Shown: piece after piece, positions 18,047-28,084 of the stretch
Numbering within the stretch: the stretch's first letter is position 1
How the letters are laid out: each line of letters starts with the position of its first letter
Assembly (NCBI GenBank): GCA_034670305.1
Contig: JAXMNT010000031.1
Location: 1-64,000, forward strand
DNA length: 64,000 bases
Direction of reading: 5' to 3'
Origin: Deltaproteobacteria bacterium
Lineage (GTDB): Bacteria > Myxococcota_A > Polyangia > Polyangiales > Houyiibacteriaceae
The notes under the pieces: generated by a model
What the model saw: only the letters and a program-made list of their open reading frames with translations
Databases searched by the model: none
What the model was told of the DNA's origin: nothing
Program-made: the position numbers and the translations under genes

Positions 18047-21000
18047 TGGCTGAGAACCTCGACGCACGATTGCTTCGGTTCCGAAACGACCCCACGCACG
18101 AGGACGCGACAGCGCTCTCGCACGCGCTCCTCGACGGGGAGCGCTTCCGCGAGGCACTGGAAGTCACGGCGGCGCAGCTTCGGCTGCAGCCCCGAGACGC
18201 CAGCTTGCTGGTGCTTGCGGGCCGGGCGTGGATGGGTCGCGGGGATCTCCTGCGGGCACAGAAGACGCTCCTGCAGGCGGCACGGCTCGCGCCGCAAGAT
18301 GCGTCTGCATACCGGTGGCTCGGCGAAGTGTTGCTCCGCCGCGGGGATCCCGATCGTGCACGCAAAGTGTTGACCCGGGCCCGCGCGCTCGGCTCCGCGG
18401 ATCCCGAAGTGGAGACCCTGCTCGAACGGGCGGGCCGGCTGGCCCGCATCGCGGGGGATGCGCTCGACGAAGACGCGCCGACGGCCGAACGCCCGCTGCC
18501 CGACGAGCCCGCCCCGCCCAAGGTCCGCAAACCCAACGCGCCCGCGGCTCTGCGCGCGGCGCCGGCGGCGGTCCATCAACCCAAACCGGTTCCCCGCCCG
18601 CCGGCTCCGCACGAGTTCGACGAAGAAGTCACGATGGTGGCCTCGGACCTTTCCAAACACATCGCCGCCGCGTCGAAGCCCCCGCCCGCCGCCAGCTCCG
18701 CGGGGCGTGGTGCGCCCGATCCGTTCGCCGATCTTCCCGCGGCGCCCCCGCTCTTCGACACCACCCCTCTGGCACCGCCGACGCCGGAGCCCAAACCCGA
18801 GCCTCTGCCGCGGCCCCCGTCGGCCCCACCCCGCGCCCGCAAGAAGGCGCCGTTGTCCGCGCTGTTCAAGTCTGCGCCACCGCCGCCGCCGCCGGAGATC
18901 CCGGACGCCTCCGATGAGTTGGATCTTCCACTCGGCGCCGTGGTGAGCGCTCCGCCAGCCCGACCGTCGACGCCCGACTCGGGCGGGGTACGTTTCCCGC
19001 CCGCTCCTCGGGTGCCCGAGTTGATGCCGCCGCCCATGTCGGCGGACGACGATCCGTTCGCCGACGACGACGCACCCACCCAGCACGAGACCGACCTCGG
19101 CGGCGCAGACCCGTTCCAGAAGATCGTGATCCCGAAGTCGGGCGCGCCCGCTCCGAAGGCGGATCCGCTGTGGGACAGTCCGGCCGAAGCGGCGCCGGAA
19201 CCGCAGCGCCCGCCCGAACGACCCCGTGCGCCGGAGGCGCGTCCGGTGGCGCCGCCCGAAGCATTCATCGATTCGTCCGAGCCGATCCCCGACGATGGGT
19301 TCCCAGAACCAGGCGAGCCTTCCGCACCGGTGCCCGACCTCGCGCTGGGAACGAACGTGGGCGGGAGCGACGACGTGGACGAAGTCCTCGCCATGCTCGA
19401 ACGCGAGCGGCTGTTCGAACCCCCGAACAACGACGCCCACCAGTGGGCCAAGAAGAAGGAAGCACGCGGCAAGGGTACGAAGATCGCGGTGCCCATGACC
19501 GTCATGTGGGTGCTCGGCGCCGCCCTTTCGGTGGGCGGCTACTTCGGCTGGCGTGCCTGGGTCGATCACCAGGAAGCGGAAGCCGCGACCCACATCACCG
19601 AAGCCGCCCGGCTCGCGCTGCGCGGAGACCACTCGGATCTGGTCGATGCGGAGCGCTTCCTGCGGCAGGCCCGGGAACTGAGCCCCAAGAACGGCGACGG
19701 ACCCGCGGTGCTGCTCTCGGTGCACGCCCAACGTGCGCTCGAGGATGGCTCGTTCCAGCCGGGGTACCTGCGGCCGGCGGTGGACCGCGCCGAAGAGCTG
19801 GACCTGGCGGCCGGACCCGTGGCGGTGGCGCAGGCGATCTTGCAGCTCGCCTCCGGCGAAGCCGAGGCCGCTCAGACCTCTTACCGGCGCGCGATCGAAC
19901 TCGCTCCGGACGATCCGTTCGTGCACTACGTCGCGGGCCGGCTAGGCCAACGTCTGGGCGACGAGGCGGCGGAGGACGAACTCGCCAAGGCGCTCGAACT
20001 CGAGCCGACCTTCGCGGCGGCGGGCTTTGCGCTCGCCGAGTCTGCGGCGGAGGCCGGACGACCGGACGAAGCGCGCACGCAGCTGGAGACGATCCTCGGC
20101 CACCACGACGGACACCTGCGCGGCACGCTGTGGAAGGCCTACCTGGATACGGACGAGGTCGAACCCGATGCGGGACTCGCGCAGCTCGATGGACTCGAGG
20201 AGCGGCTCGAACATGGCGCGCCGACCGACCACGTGCTGGCGTCGCTGACGCGCGCTCGGTTGCTGCGCCGGGTCGGCCGCAACGATGCGGCGCAAGAAGC
20301 GGTTGAGGTCGCGGCGAGTGCGGGCGCCACCGAGCCGCGACTCCAGGCGCTGGTCGCGTCGGCGGCCCGCGCGCTCGGGGAACTCGGTCGCGCGCAACAA
20401 GCCGCGATGGCGGCGGTGACTTCGGCGCCGGCGATTCCCGAGTACCGGAAACTGCTCGCGGAGATCTTGGTGGCCCGGCGCGACGGAGTGCGTGCGCTGC
20501 GGACGTTGGCCCAGCTGAGCAGCGACGATCCCGAAGTGCTCGAGTTGAGCGCGCGGGCGGCACTCATCGTGGGCGCCCGCGACACGCTTGCGGCCGCGTC
20601 CGAGGCGTTGAACGCGCGCGTCGAAGCGGAGGAAGAACCTTCGGTGCGACTGCAAGCCCTTGCCCTGACGGTGCGGGTGCGACTCGGCGAGACCCGGGAG
20701 GAAGTTCGCCAGGTGCTGCGCGACGCGCAGACCCTCGCCGAAGGTGCACCCGGCGACGTCGACGCAGGCCTTGCGCTTGGCGAAGCTGCGCTCGCGGCGC
20801 GCGACGCGCGGGCCGCCACCGAAGCGCTCGAACGGGTGGTGGCCGCGGACCCGGACGATGCGGAGGGGCACTTCCTGCTCGGACGCGCGAAGCGCATGGG
20901 CGGAGATGGAGAAGGCGCCGACGAGGCGCTCCGCCGCGCCCTCGAGATCCAACCGACGCACAGCGAAGCCCGGGTGATGCTCGGGTACCTGATGCTCGAT

Positions 21001-21750
21001 CGGGGCGAGTTCGAAGAAGCCGACGAACTCTACACGGAGCTCGGTCGACGCATTGGAGTCAGCGGCGACGGGCAGAGTTATCAACTCGTGGGCCGGCTCG
21101 GACGCGTGGACGCGCTCGTCGGCCTCGGGCGGGTGGCGGACGCCAAGGTGCAACTCGAAGGCATCCGCGCGGATGATCGCGAGCGGGCCGCCGTGAAGTT
21201 GGCCGAAGGCCGCGTCGCGCTCGCCGAAGGCCGCGCCGGCGATGCAGTCAGCGCCTTGCGTCCTCTCGCATCGGCTGAAGGCGCGAGCACCGACGTCGTG
21301 GCGATGTACGCAGATGCGTTGTTCGCCGCCGGCGAGACCCAGGCCGCCTCCGAGACCTACGAGTTGGCACTCGAACGCGACAGCGAACATCCGGAGTCGC
21401 TCCTGGGCTTCGCCGCGGTGCTCCTGCGCGGCGAGAAGGAACGCGAAGCCCGTGCCATTCTTCAGCGGGTGGATGCGTCGCTGCGGCGCCGCATCCGACC
21501 GCCGGCACTTCGCGCGCGCATGTTGACCCTCCGCGGGCGCGCCGAGTTGATGGATGGCGACGCGAGCGGCGCGCGGGACGTGCTGCGCCAAGCGACCGAG
21601 CTGGCGGGTGTCCCGCCCGAGGCGTTCTTCTACCTGGGCGAGGCGCTGTCCGGATCGAACAGCGCGGAGGCGCGCACCGCGTACGAAGCGTACCTGGAGC
21701 GCGCGCCGACGGGCCCGCTCGCGCGCCGAGCCCGCCGGGCGATTCGGTGA
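18046..21750 (+). CDS. Large TPR-repeat membrane protein with a Pro-rich linker
   Basis: Start re-called at MAENLDARLL (TGATG overlap). N-terminal TPRs, ~350-aa Pro-rich segment, one TM helix, many C-terminal TPRs. Confidence 0.85.
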   Translation: MAENLDARLLRFRNDPTHEDATALSHALLDGERFREALEVTAAQLRLQPRDASLLVLAGRAWMGRGDLLRAQKTLLQAARLAPQDASAYRWLGEVLLRRGDPDRARKVLTRARALGSADPEVETLLERAGRLARIAGDALDEDAPTAERPLPDEPAPPKVRKPNAPAALRAAPAAVHQPKPVPRPPAPHEFDEEVTMVASDLSKHIAAASKPPPAASSAGRGAPDPFADLPAAPPLFDTTPLAPPTPEPKPEPLPRPPSAPPRARKKAPLSALFKSAPPPPPPEIPDASDELDLPLGAVVSAPPARPSTPDSGGVRFPPAPRVPELMPPPMSADDDPFADDDAPTQHETDLGGADPFQKIVIPKSGAPAPKADPLWDSPAEAAPEPQRPPERPRAPEARPVAPPEAFIDSSEPIPDDGFPEPGEPSAPVPDLALGTNVGGSDDVDEVLAMLERERLFEPPNNDAHQWAKKKEARGKGTKIAVPMTVMWVLGAALSVGGYFGWRAWVDHQEAEAATHITEAARLALRGDHSDLVDAERFLRQARELSPKNGDGPAVLLSVHAQRALEDGSFQPGYLRPAVDRAEELDLAAGPVAVAQAILQLASGEAEAAQTSYRRAIELAPDDPFVHYVAGRLGQRLGDEAAEDELAKALELEPTFAAAGFALAESAAEAGRPDEARTQLETILGHHDGHLRGTLWKAYLDTDEVEPDAGLAQLDGLEERLEHGAPTDHVLASLTRARLLRRVGRNDAAQEAVEVAASAGATEPRLQALVASAARALGELGRAQQAAMAAVTSAPAIPEYRKLLAEILVARRDGVRALRTLAQLSSDDPEVLELSARAALIVGARDTLAAASEALNARVEAEEEPSVRLQALALTVRVRLGETREEVRQVLRDAQTLAEGAPGDVDAGLALGEAALAARDARAATEALERVVAADPDDAEGHFLLGRAKRMGGDGEGADEALRRALEIQPTHSEARVMLGYLMLDRGEFEEADELYTELGRRIGVSGDGQSYQLVGRLGRVDALVGLGRVADAKVQLEGIRADDRERAAVKLAEGRVALAEGRAGDAVSALRPLASAEGASTDVVAMYADALFAAGETQAASETYELALERDSEHPESLLGFAAVLLRGEKEREARAILQRVDASLRRRIRPPALRARMLTLRGRAELMDGDASGARDVLRQATELAGVPPEAFFYLGEALSGSNSAEARTAYEAYLERAPTGPLARRARRAIR

Positions 21751-22487
21751 CCACGCCCACCCGCGCTGTGGCTGGGATCGAGGGCAAGGTCGCCATCGTC
21801 ACCGGCGGCACCCGTGGCATCGGCTTGGCCATCGCCGGGGCGCTCGCCGACGCGGGGGCCGAGGTCGTGGTCAGCAGTCGCAGCGAGTCCTCGTGCGCAG
21901 AAGCCGCCGACGCGATCGGTGGCCGCGGCGTCGCATGCGACGTGCAGGACCCGGCGGCGGTCGAGCGGCTCTTTCAGGTAGTGACCGACTGCCAACTCTT
22001 CGTCGCGTGCGCGGGCCTCTCGTCGCCTGGGCTCGCTCGGGATCTTCCGCTCTCCGAGCTCGAGCGGATGATGCAGGTGCACTACACCGGCGCGGTCGAC
22101 GGTGCGCGCCGAGCCGCCGCGCAGATGAAGACGCTCGGCGGCGGATCCATCGTGCTCGTGACCAGCGTCTGGGGACTCGGCGGTCAGCCGGGCACGCTGG
22201 CGTATGGCGCCGCCAAGGCAGCGCTCGCCCACGCGGTGAAGGTGCTCGCGATCGAGTGGGCGCGCGACCAGATCCGGGTGAACGGGCTGGCTCCGGGATT
22301 CATCGACACGGACATGACCTCTGAGATGCCGGGCGGCGTGCGGGACAAACTCTTGTCGCGGGTCCCGATGCGGCGCGCTGGCACGCCGGAGGAGATGGCC
22401 GGCCCGGCCGTGTTCCTGTTGAGCGACGCGGCGGCCTACGTCACGGGCCACACGTTGGTCGCCGACGGCGGCGAACGCGCCCGCTGA
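21747..22487 (+). CDS. SDR family oxidoreductase (FabG-like)
   Basis: TGGTRGIG, YGAAK, VNGLAPGFIDTDM motifs. Confidence 0.9.
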   Translation: MTTPTRAVAGIEGKVAIVTGGTRGIGLAIAGALADAGAEVVVSSRSESSCAEAADAIGGRGVACDVQDPAAVERLFQVVTDCQLFVACAGLSSPGLARDLPLSELERMMQVHYTGAVDGARRAAAQMKTLGGGSIVLVTSVWGLGGQPGTLAYGAAKAALAHAVKVLAIEWARDQIRVNGLAPGFIDTDMTSEMPGGVRDKLLSRVPMRRAGTPEEMAGPAVFLLSDAAAYVTGHTLVADGGERAR

Positions 22488-22526
22488 GCGCACCCCTGCG
22501 AGTGACGACCGGCGAGTGACGAGGAC

Positions 22527-24725
22527 TCACTCGGCGCTCTGGGCGCTCACCGTCTCGCTCCACACTTCGTGGGGTCGCAGACGCAGCGACCGGGTGGGCA
22601 GTCCATCCGCGCTTCGGGCCACCCGCAGCAGCATGAGATCGGCCCCGGCATGGTCTCCGAAGATCGCGCGGTAGCGTTCGTCGAGGGAGCGCAACTCGGA
22701 TCGCTCCCAGCTGCCGAGCCCATCGCCGCCCGCCCGAAAACGTGCCAGCAGGTAGGGGAGGGCGGTCATGGGCTGGACCGCCCATCCGAGGCGGTTGAGT
22801 TCGCTCCACACCGTCGCGAGTGCGCGGCCGCCTTCGAGCATGTCGCGGAGCGACGCCCCGGTCGCTCGAAGCAAGAGCACCGTCGACGCGGCTTCCACGG
22901 ATTCCCGGGTGGCCTTTCCAAGACCACGTCCGATGTCGAGCCGCTTCATCACGGCGAGCACATCCGACCGTCGAAGGAGCCGGAGTCCCGCGACGTCGGT
23001 CGGTGTCATCTCCAGCGACGCCAGGTCCAGACCGTCTCGTGTGCGCCGCGCCTCTTCGGCGGACCATCGGACCTCGGACAACAGTTCCGCACAGAGTGGG
23101 CCGGACAAGAACCGAAGCCGATCCCCATCGGCGAGAAGCTCGGCCACGGCCTCGAGCGCATCGCCGGACCGCTCCACGATCGTCAAACCCGGTGCGGCGT
23201 GCGCGATCGCGTCGAGCGCATCGAACGCATCGGGGCGACCGCGGCGGCGGTCGGTCCGGCGGGCCCTCAGCACGTCCGCAATCCGCATCGAGTCGGGGTC
23301 CGGCGCAGAAGCGCGGAAGGTCACGCGGGCCACCAGACCGGGTTCCGGCCAGAGCCCGACGTCGGTCTCCCACCCCGATGCGCGGGCGGCCCGTTCGAGG
23401 TACTCGAGCACCGCGCCGATCGCGAGCACCGACGCGCGCCGCTCGTGGTCCAGGAGACTCACGCCGCGCACCGCGTGCAGCCGCACGTCGAGGTGGGGGC
23501 TGGACCACTCGAACTGCCACGGCTGCGCGTTGCCACCGCTCGGTGCCAGCGTCGAGAACGCGATCAACGACTCGAGCTGTTCTTCCGTGGGTGGTGCCGA
23601 ACGCACGGCCGCGATGAGAGGCGTCGAAGGCAGCTGGCCTGCGGGTTCGATCGGCGGCGTGGGCGCGGGCACCTCGAGGGTTCCGCTGCCCTCGAGGATC
23701 GTGCGCAGGTCCGCGTAGAACCGTCCGGAGTGCGTCATCTGCCCGAGCAAGATCCGCCGGGCCGCTTCCGTGTTCAGTGCCCCCCCGAGCGCGACGGCGC
23801 TCGCCAGCTGCGGCCACGTGGTGAGGGTCGTGTCGATGTCGACGAGCGAGGCGCCCATGCGTTCCGAGAGCGTCTCTGCCCCGATGATGCGCAGCACGGT
23901 CGGCACCTTCTCGTAGGTCGTCAGGCCGACAAGGTCTTGTGAGCGAAGCGAGCCCACGAGTCCATGGAGCACCGGACGGTCGGGTTCGAGGTCGAAGCGT
24001 TCGACGTCCAACATGCCCCGGTCGCTGGTCTCCATGAGCACCGGGATGCGTTTGCTGCGGGCGACCTCCCGCAGCCGCAGCTTCATCGCCAGGTCGTCGC
24101 ACTCCTCGAACAACAAGGAGACGCCATCCAGAAACGCATCGAGGTTTTCTTCCAGAACGCCTTGGTCGAACGTGCGCACTTCGACGTAGGGATCGAGTTC
24201 GGCGATGGCACGCGCGGTGATGACCGTTTTGGGTAGGCCGAGGTCCAAGAGGTTCGCGCGCAGCCGGTTGAGGTTGGTCAACTCGAGCACGTCGAAGTCG
24301 GCCAGATGCACCACGCTTCCGATGCCCTCCTGGATCAGCGTCAGCGCGGTGGACGACCCCACACTCAGGCCCGCGATCGCCAGCTTCTGATCTCGCAGGA
24401 TCCGCTGCTCGGCGACGGTGATCTTGTGGTGGTTGCGGCTCGTCCGCAGCTCGAACAGGTCGTCTTCGCGGAGCACCCGAACGAGGGTGTGTCGCCACGG
24501 GTAGTACGCGAATCGCGACGGGGGCAAGGGGATGGTCTCGGCGAGCTGCTCCGCCTCGGAACGTTTGAGCCGCGCATTGCGGCTGCGGACCAGCGCGCGA
24601 TGTTGCGTCGCGAGCGTGTCGACCACGTGGGCACCGGCGCCGCGCAGCTCCGCGATTCGCTCGGCGTCTGCTTCGGGGCAGAGGAGGGTCGCGTGGATGG
24701 GCGTTTCAGGGCTGGGGTCGTGCAT
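22527..24725 (-). CDS. ThiF-adenylation + nitroreductase di-domain protein (Rv1355c/MoeY/OxzB-like)
   Basis: Start re-called at MHDPSP. RTSRN, IAGLSVG, DFDVLELTNLNRL, TSDRGMLDVERFDLEP, TWPQLAS, then the nitroreductase motif LAPSGGNAQPW. Confidence 0.88.
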   Translation of the reverse strand: MHDPSPETPIHATLLCPEADAERIAELRGAGAHVVDTLATQHRALVRSRNARLKRSEAEQLAETIPLPPSRFAYYPWRHTLVRVLREDDLFELRTSRNHHKITVAEQRILRDQKLAIAGLSVGSSTALTLIQEGIGSVVHLADFDVLELTNLNRLRANLLDLGLPKTVITARAIAELDPYVEVRTFDQGVLEENLDAFLDGVSLLFEECDDLAMKLRLREVARSKRIPVLMETSDRGMLDVERFDLEPDRPVLHGLVGSLRSQDLVGLTTYEKVPTVLRIIGAETLSERMGASLVDIDTTLTTWPQLASAVALGGALNTEAARRILLGQMTHSGRFYADLRTILEGSGTLEVPAPTPPIEPAGQLPSTPLIAAVRSAPPTEEQLESLIAFSTLAPSGGNAQPWQFEWSSPHLDVRLHAVRGVSLLDHERRASVLAIGAVLEYLERAARASGWETDVGLWPEPGLVARVTFRASAPDPDSMRIADVLRARRTDRRRGRPDAFDALDAIAHAAPGLTIVERSGDALEAVAELLADGDRLRFLSGPLCAELLSEVRWSAEEARRTRDGLDLASLEMTPTDVAGLRLLRRSDVLAVMKRLDIGRGLGKATRESVEAASTVLLLRATGASLRDMLEGGRALATVWSELNRLGWAVQPMTALPYLLARFRAGGDGLGSWERSELRSLDERYRAIFGDHAGADLMLLRVARSADGLPTRSLRLRPHEVWSETVSAQSAE

Positions 24726-24790
24726 TCGAGCTGTGTGTGCGCGTCTCGGTGAAGGTGGAGGGGATGTGAAGCGTGTTCGAGTTGCGGTGT

Positions 24791-26815
24791 CTAACGAGGA
24801 CGTCCCACCGCGCGGGCCACCTGTTCCACGAGCTCGATGCTCAGGTCGGTTCGGAAGCAGGCCATGTCCGCGTCCCCAAGATTGACCGCGCAATCGATGG
24901 GCGGACGCTCTGGGGCCTGGTCGTCGAACTCCTCCATGTAGACGAACTTGTCCTTGCCCAGATCCCCGTAGTGGAGCTGGGCGTTGGCCAGCAGCGCGGC
25001 GGTGGCCATCCGTCCGAGCGTGGCGTCTGCCGTCCGGACGTACACCCGCACGCAGTCGAGCAGCCCAAACAGATGCGCGCCGGAGTCGATGTGTTCGAAC
25101 GTGGCGATCGCGAGAATGCGACCGTCAGGCGCCAGCGCGGTTCGAAGCACGCGTTCGCGGCCGATGCCGGCCCGTTGAAACCGATCTTGCGGCGCCTTGA
25201 AGTCGATCGTCGAAGAGTCGAGGTCGAGCGCTTGGAGGTAGGCGGGCGACTTCGTCCCCGCGAGTGAATTGAGCCATCCGTCGACTTCGTCGCGGGTCGG
25301 TTCGCGGATTTCGAGTGCCGGCCGCATGGACGACGAACTCGTCAGCACTTCCCACGCACGGAACGGCTCCACGACGGCCCGAACTCCGTCCGCATGCAAC
25401 GCGGGGAAGTCGCGGTTCACGAGCCGACTGAACCGGGCTCCTTCGTGCTGCACGTACACGACGTACCACTCCATGCCGGCACGCACCGTGTGCTCGGTGG
25501 CCCGCACGTAGAGATCGAAGAGCGCCCGGTGGCCGGAGAGCGCGAGCGGTCGCGCGTGTTCTCTTGCGAGTTGGTAGATGAGGCTGGAACTCGACCATGC
25601 GTTGAGGAAGGTCACCGTTCCGTCGAGCCCGTCGAGCGAGCGCCAGGTGACCTGACTGCCGAGCGTTTGCGAGACGGAGAGTTTGCGGCTGAATGCGGTG
25701 AAGTCCGCGCGGTCGGCTTCGAAGTCGCCCGGTGATTTGCCGCTGATGTGGAAGTAGCCGCTCTTGCCGTAGAGATCGTAGAGTTCGTCGGAGGCGCGGC
25801 CATCCACGAACGTGTGCGGGTGGCAGACGCGCGATGCCTGGTGGCACCAGGAGCTGAAGTCGACGCTGTCGGGGCTCACTTCGAACACGCACCGCACCCC
25901 GTCCGCCTCGTCGTCCTCGAGGCTGACCACCCGCAGTTCCAGCGCCAGACGGCCGCCCTTCCAGCTCACCTCCGCGTACGGCAACTCCAGGCCCGGGTAG
26001 ATGAAGTCGGCGGTCAGGTCGCACGCGCAAGAGATGCGTGATTGCGATAGGTACCGGACGGGGAGGTTCAGACCCGCAGCGTCCCCCGCGCGTCCCGTGG
26101 GCAGCCCGTTGGGGAAGAGCGGGTGCACGCCGCGAACCCGGACGCTGACTGGGGCGCGGGCGCGTGCTTCGGTGCGGTGCGCAACCCGCATCAATCCGAG
26201 GTCCCGCACCTCCCCGTCGACGACGGGGCCGAGGCGGAAGCAGTAGTCGACCAGCGCGGTGTAGATGTCGACTTCGAACGCGCACTTCGGCCACATCTCG
26301 GGCGGCGGAAGTTCCGCCCCATCGAGGCGCCAACCCGGCGCCCGCACGTGGACGTCGCGGTGGAGCGCAGCCAGTGCGCGGAGGAGCTGCAAGTTGCGGC
26401 TTCGGTCGTCGCGTACTTCGACGACATTGACCGGGAGTTCGGTGACCGGCAGCGCGAGGTTGCCCGCTCGTAGATCCGCGAGCCAGTGCCCGACGCGTCG
26501 CGCGTCTTCGGGCCCGTGCCAGAGGATGCCGAGCTCGACAACCCAGCCATCCGGTTTGAGTTTGTTCTTGATGGCGCGGGCGCGACCGAACACCGGCTCG
26601 AGTCCCGGTGCCCGCAGACTCAGCACCACGTCGTCGCCGGGTGGGATCGGGTTCGGAGCGCGGACCTCGGCGTCGTGCAAGCTCAGCCGGTGCACGCGCA
26701 CAAGCTCGTGTCCGAGCATCACCTGGAGGCCGCGCACCGGATGAATCACGTAGCCCGACGAGACCGGAGCAGGCCAAGAGGGTTCGTCTCGATGGAGCGG
26801 GCGCGCCACACTCAT
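24791..26815 (-). CDS. Hypothetical protein: putative PilZ-like N-terminal barrels and C-terminal GNAT-like region
   Basis: N-terminal beta-rich segments (RLSLHDAEV; HRTEARAR..YLSQSRIS) resemble degenerate PilZ RxxxR/DxSxxG motifs. The C-terminal alpha/beta region starts at LYDLYGKSGYF. Domain calls are inference. Confidence 0.55.
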   Translation of the reverse strand: MSVARPLHRDEPSWPAPVSSGYVIHPVRGLQVMLGHELVRVHRLSLHDAEVRAPNPIPPGDDVVLSLRAPGLEPVFGRARAIKNKLKPDGWVVELGILWHGPEDARRVGHWLADLRAGNLALPVTELPVNVVEVRDDRSRNLQLLRALAALHRDVHVRAPGWRLDGAELPPPEMWPKCAFEVDIYTALVDYCFRLGPVVDGEVRDLGLMRVAHRTEARARAPVSVRVRGVHPLFPNGLPTGRAGDAAGLNLPVRYLSQSRISCACDLTADFIYPGLELPYAEVSWKGGRLALELRVVSLEDDEADGVRCVFEVSPDSVDFSSWCHQASRVCHPHTFVDGRASDELYDLYGKSGYFHISGKSPGDFEADRADFTAFSRKLSVSQTLGSQVTWRSLDGLDGTVTFLNAWSSSSLIYQLAREHARPLALSGHRALFDLYVRATEHTVRAGMEWYVVYVQHEGARFSRLVNRDFPALHADGVRAVVEPFRAWEVLTSSSSMRPALEIREPTRDEVDGWLNSLAGTKSPAYLQALDLDSSTIDFKAPQDRFQRAGIGRERVLRTALAPDGRILAIATFEHIDSGAHLFGLLDCVRVYVRTADATLGRMATAALLANAQLHYGDLGKDKFVYMEEFDDQAPERPPIDCAVNLGDADMACFRTDLSIELVEQVARAVGRPR

Positions 26816-26871
26816 GCCGCCACCTGCGGGTTACTGCGCCATCGTCCGCTGGTGCGGGGTAGACTCGGTCC

Positions 26872-27354
26872 ATGGCCTGGACTCCCCACCTCGTACATCA
26901 AGAACACGACTACGCACTCGGATACGCCGGACCCGTCTTCGCGGTGATCTGGCGACACGAGACCACGGTGCCCGGCGCGGTGGCGTTGCACACCCAGTAC
27001 GACCGGTTCCGGACAGCGGCGCAGCACGGACTCGTGACCATCATCGAGGAGGGCGCGCCGCTGCCTCCGTCCGATGCACGCGAGCGCATCGCCAAGTTCC
27101 TTCAGGAGAGCGCATCGACCCTCGTGGTGTCCGCGGTGATCTTCGAAGGGAGCGGCTTTCGCAGCGCGGCGGTCCGTGGCGTGGTCACTGGTCTGACCAT
27201 GCTGGCCAAACAGTCGTACCCCCACCGGGTGTTTGGCACCCTCGAGTCCGCGGCCGAGTGGTACGTCGGCCATGCCCCGTCGGCCTGGGGAATGGACGAG
27301 TCCCGGTTCATCTCTTCGATTCAAGGTATTCGTGCTCAGTATCCGCGAGAGTGA
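26872..27354 (+). CDS. STAS/SEC14 (SpoIIAA-like) domain protein
   Basis: VIW, LVTIIEEGAPLP...AR, AVIFEGSGFRSAAVRGVV, PHRVFGTLESAAEW, a pattern typical of this myxobacterial family. Confidence 0.7.
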   Translation: MAWTPHLVHQEHDYALGYAGPVFAVIWRHETTVPGAVALHTQYDRFRTAAQHGLVTIIEEGAPLPPSDARERIAKFLQESASTLVVSAVIFEGSGFRSAAVRGVVTGLTMLAKQSYPHRVFGTLESAAEWYVGHAPSAWGMDESRFISSIQGIRAQYPRE

Positions 27355-27512
27355 CCCCATCTGGGGGTAGCTTCGAAGGACACTTACAGTATGCGCGGAC
27401 TGGGCTCTGCGGTGTTGAGGGGAGTTTCCCGACAGCGACGGGTCCGTCGATCCCCAACCGTGTTTGTCTGGCGTGAAAAACACCAGTGAGACCAAAACGG
27501 GGAGAATCGAAG

Positions 27513-28010
27513 ATGCGCAGATGGATTCGATGGAGTGTGCTTGGTGGGCTCGGGCTGGTGGGGTTGATGGTCTGGGGGCTGATGCCTCAGGAGGCTCAGG
27601 CCCACCGAAGCGGGTGTTTTCCGCTGCGCGGCAACTTTGAAGCGTCACCGGATCCGGATTGCATGAGCCCAGTGGGTTTTTGCACGATGGGTGAACTCAG
27701 TGGGTCGTTGCGAGGAACCTACCGGTTCTCGATGGACGGCGCGGCGCCTTCGCCTGGAACGCCGGGGATCAACACGTTCTTCGGCACGAGCGTGGTGACG
27801 ACGCGTCGGGGGGCGACGTGGACCGGCATCGACGATGGGGTGATCGACCTGGACCCGGACCGGTTCGGCGCGATCAGCTCGCTGATCACGTTCAACGAGG
27901 GCACGGGCTACTTGGAGCGTGCGACCGGCCAGATTCGGATCATCGGGAGTGTGAACTTCGAGACCGGCGGCTCGAGCGGCAGGTACATCGGTCAGGTCTG
28001 CTACGAGTAG
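27513..28010 (+). CDS. Secreted beta-barrel protein (dirigent/allene-oxide-cyclase-like)
   Basis: GGGGAG RBS, signal peptide ending AQA, ITFNEGTGYLERATG motif. Confidence 0.6.
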   Translation: MRRWIRWSVLGGLGLVGLMVWGLMPQEAQAHRSGCFPLRGNFEASPDPDCMSPVGFCTMGELSGSLRGTYRFSMDGAAPSPGTPGINTFFGTSVVTTRRGATWTGIDDGVIDLDPDRFGAISSLITFNEGTGYLERATGQIRIIGSVNFETGGSSGRYIGQVCYE

Positions 28011-28050
28011 GTTTCCCGCCACCCCGAGGTGGCCGTGAAACGCCAGTACG

Positions 28051-28084
28051 ACGCCGGTCCCGCTTTCGCGAGACCGGCGTTTTT
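28051..28084 (+). terminator. Intrinsic terminator
   Basis: ACGCCGGTC..GACCGGCGT stem followed by a T-run, between convergent genes. Confidence 0.75.
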
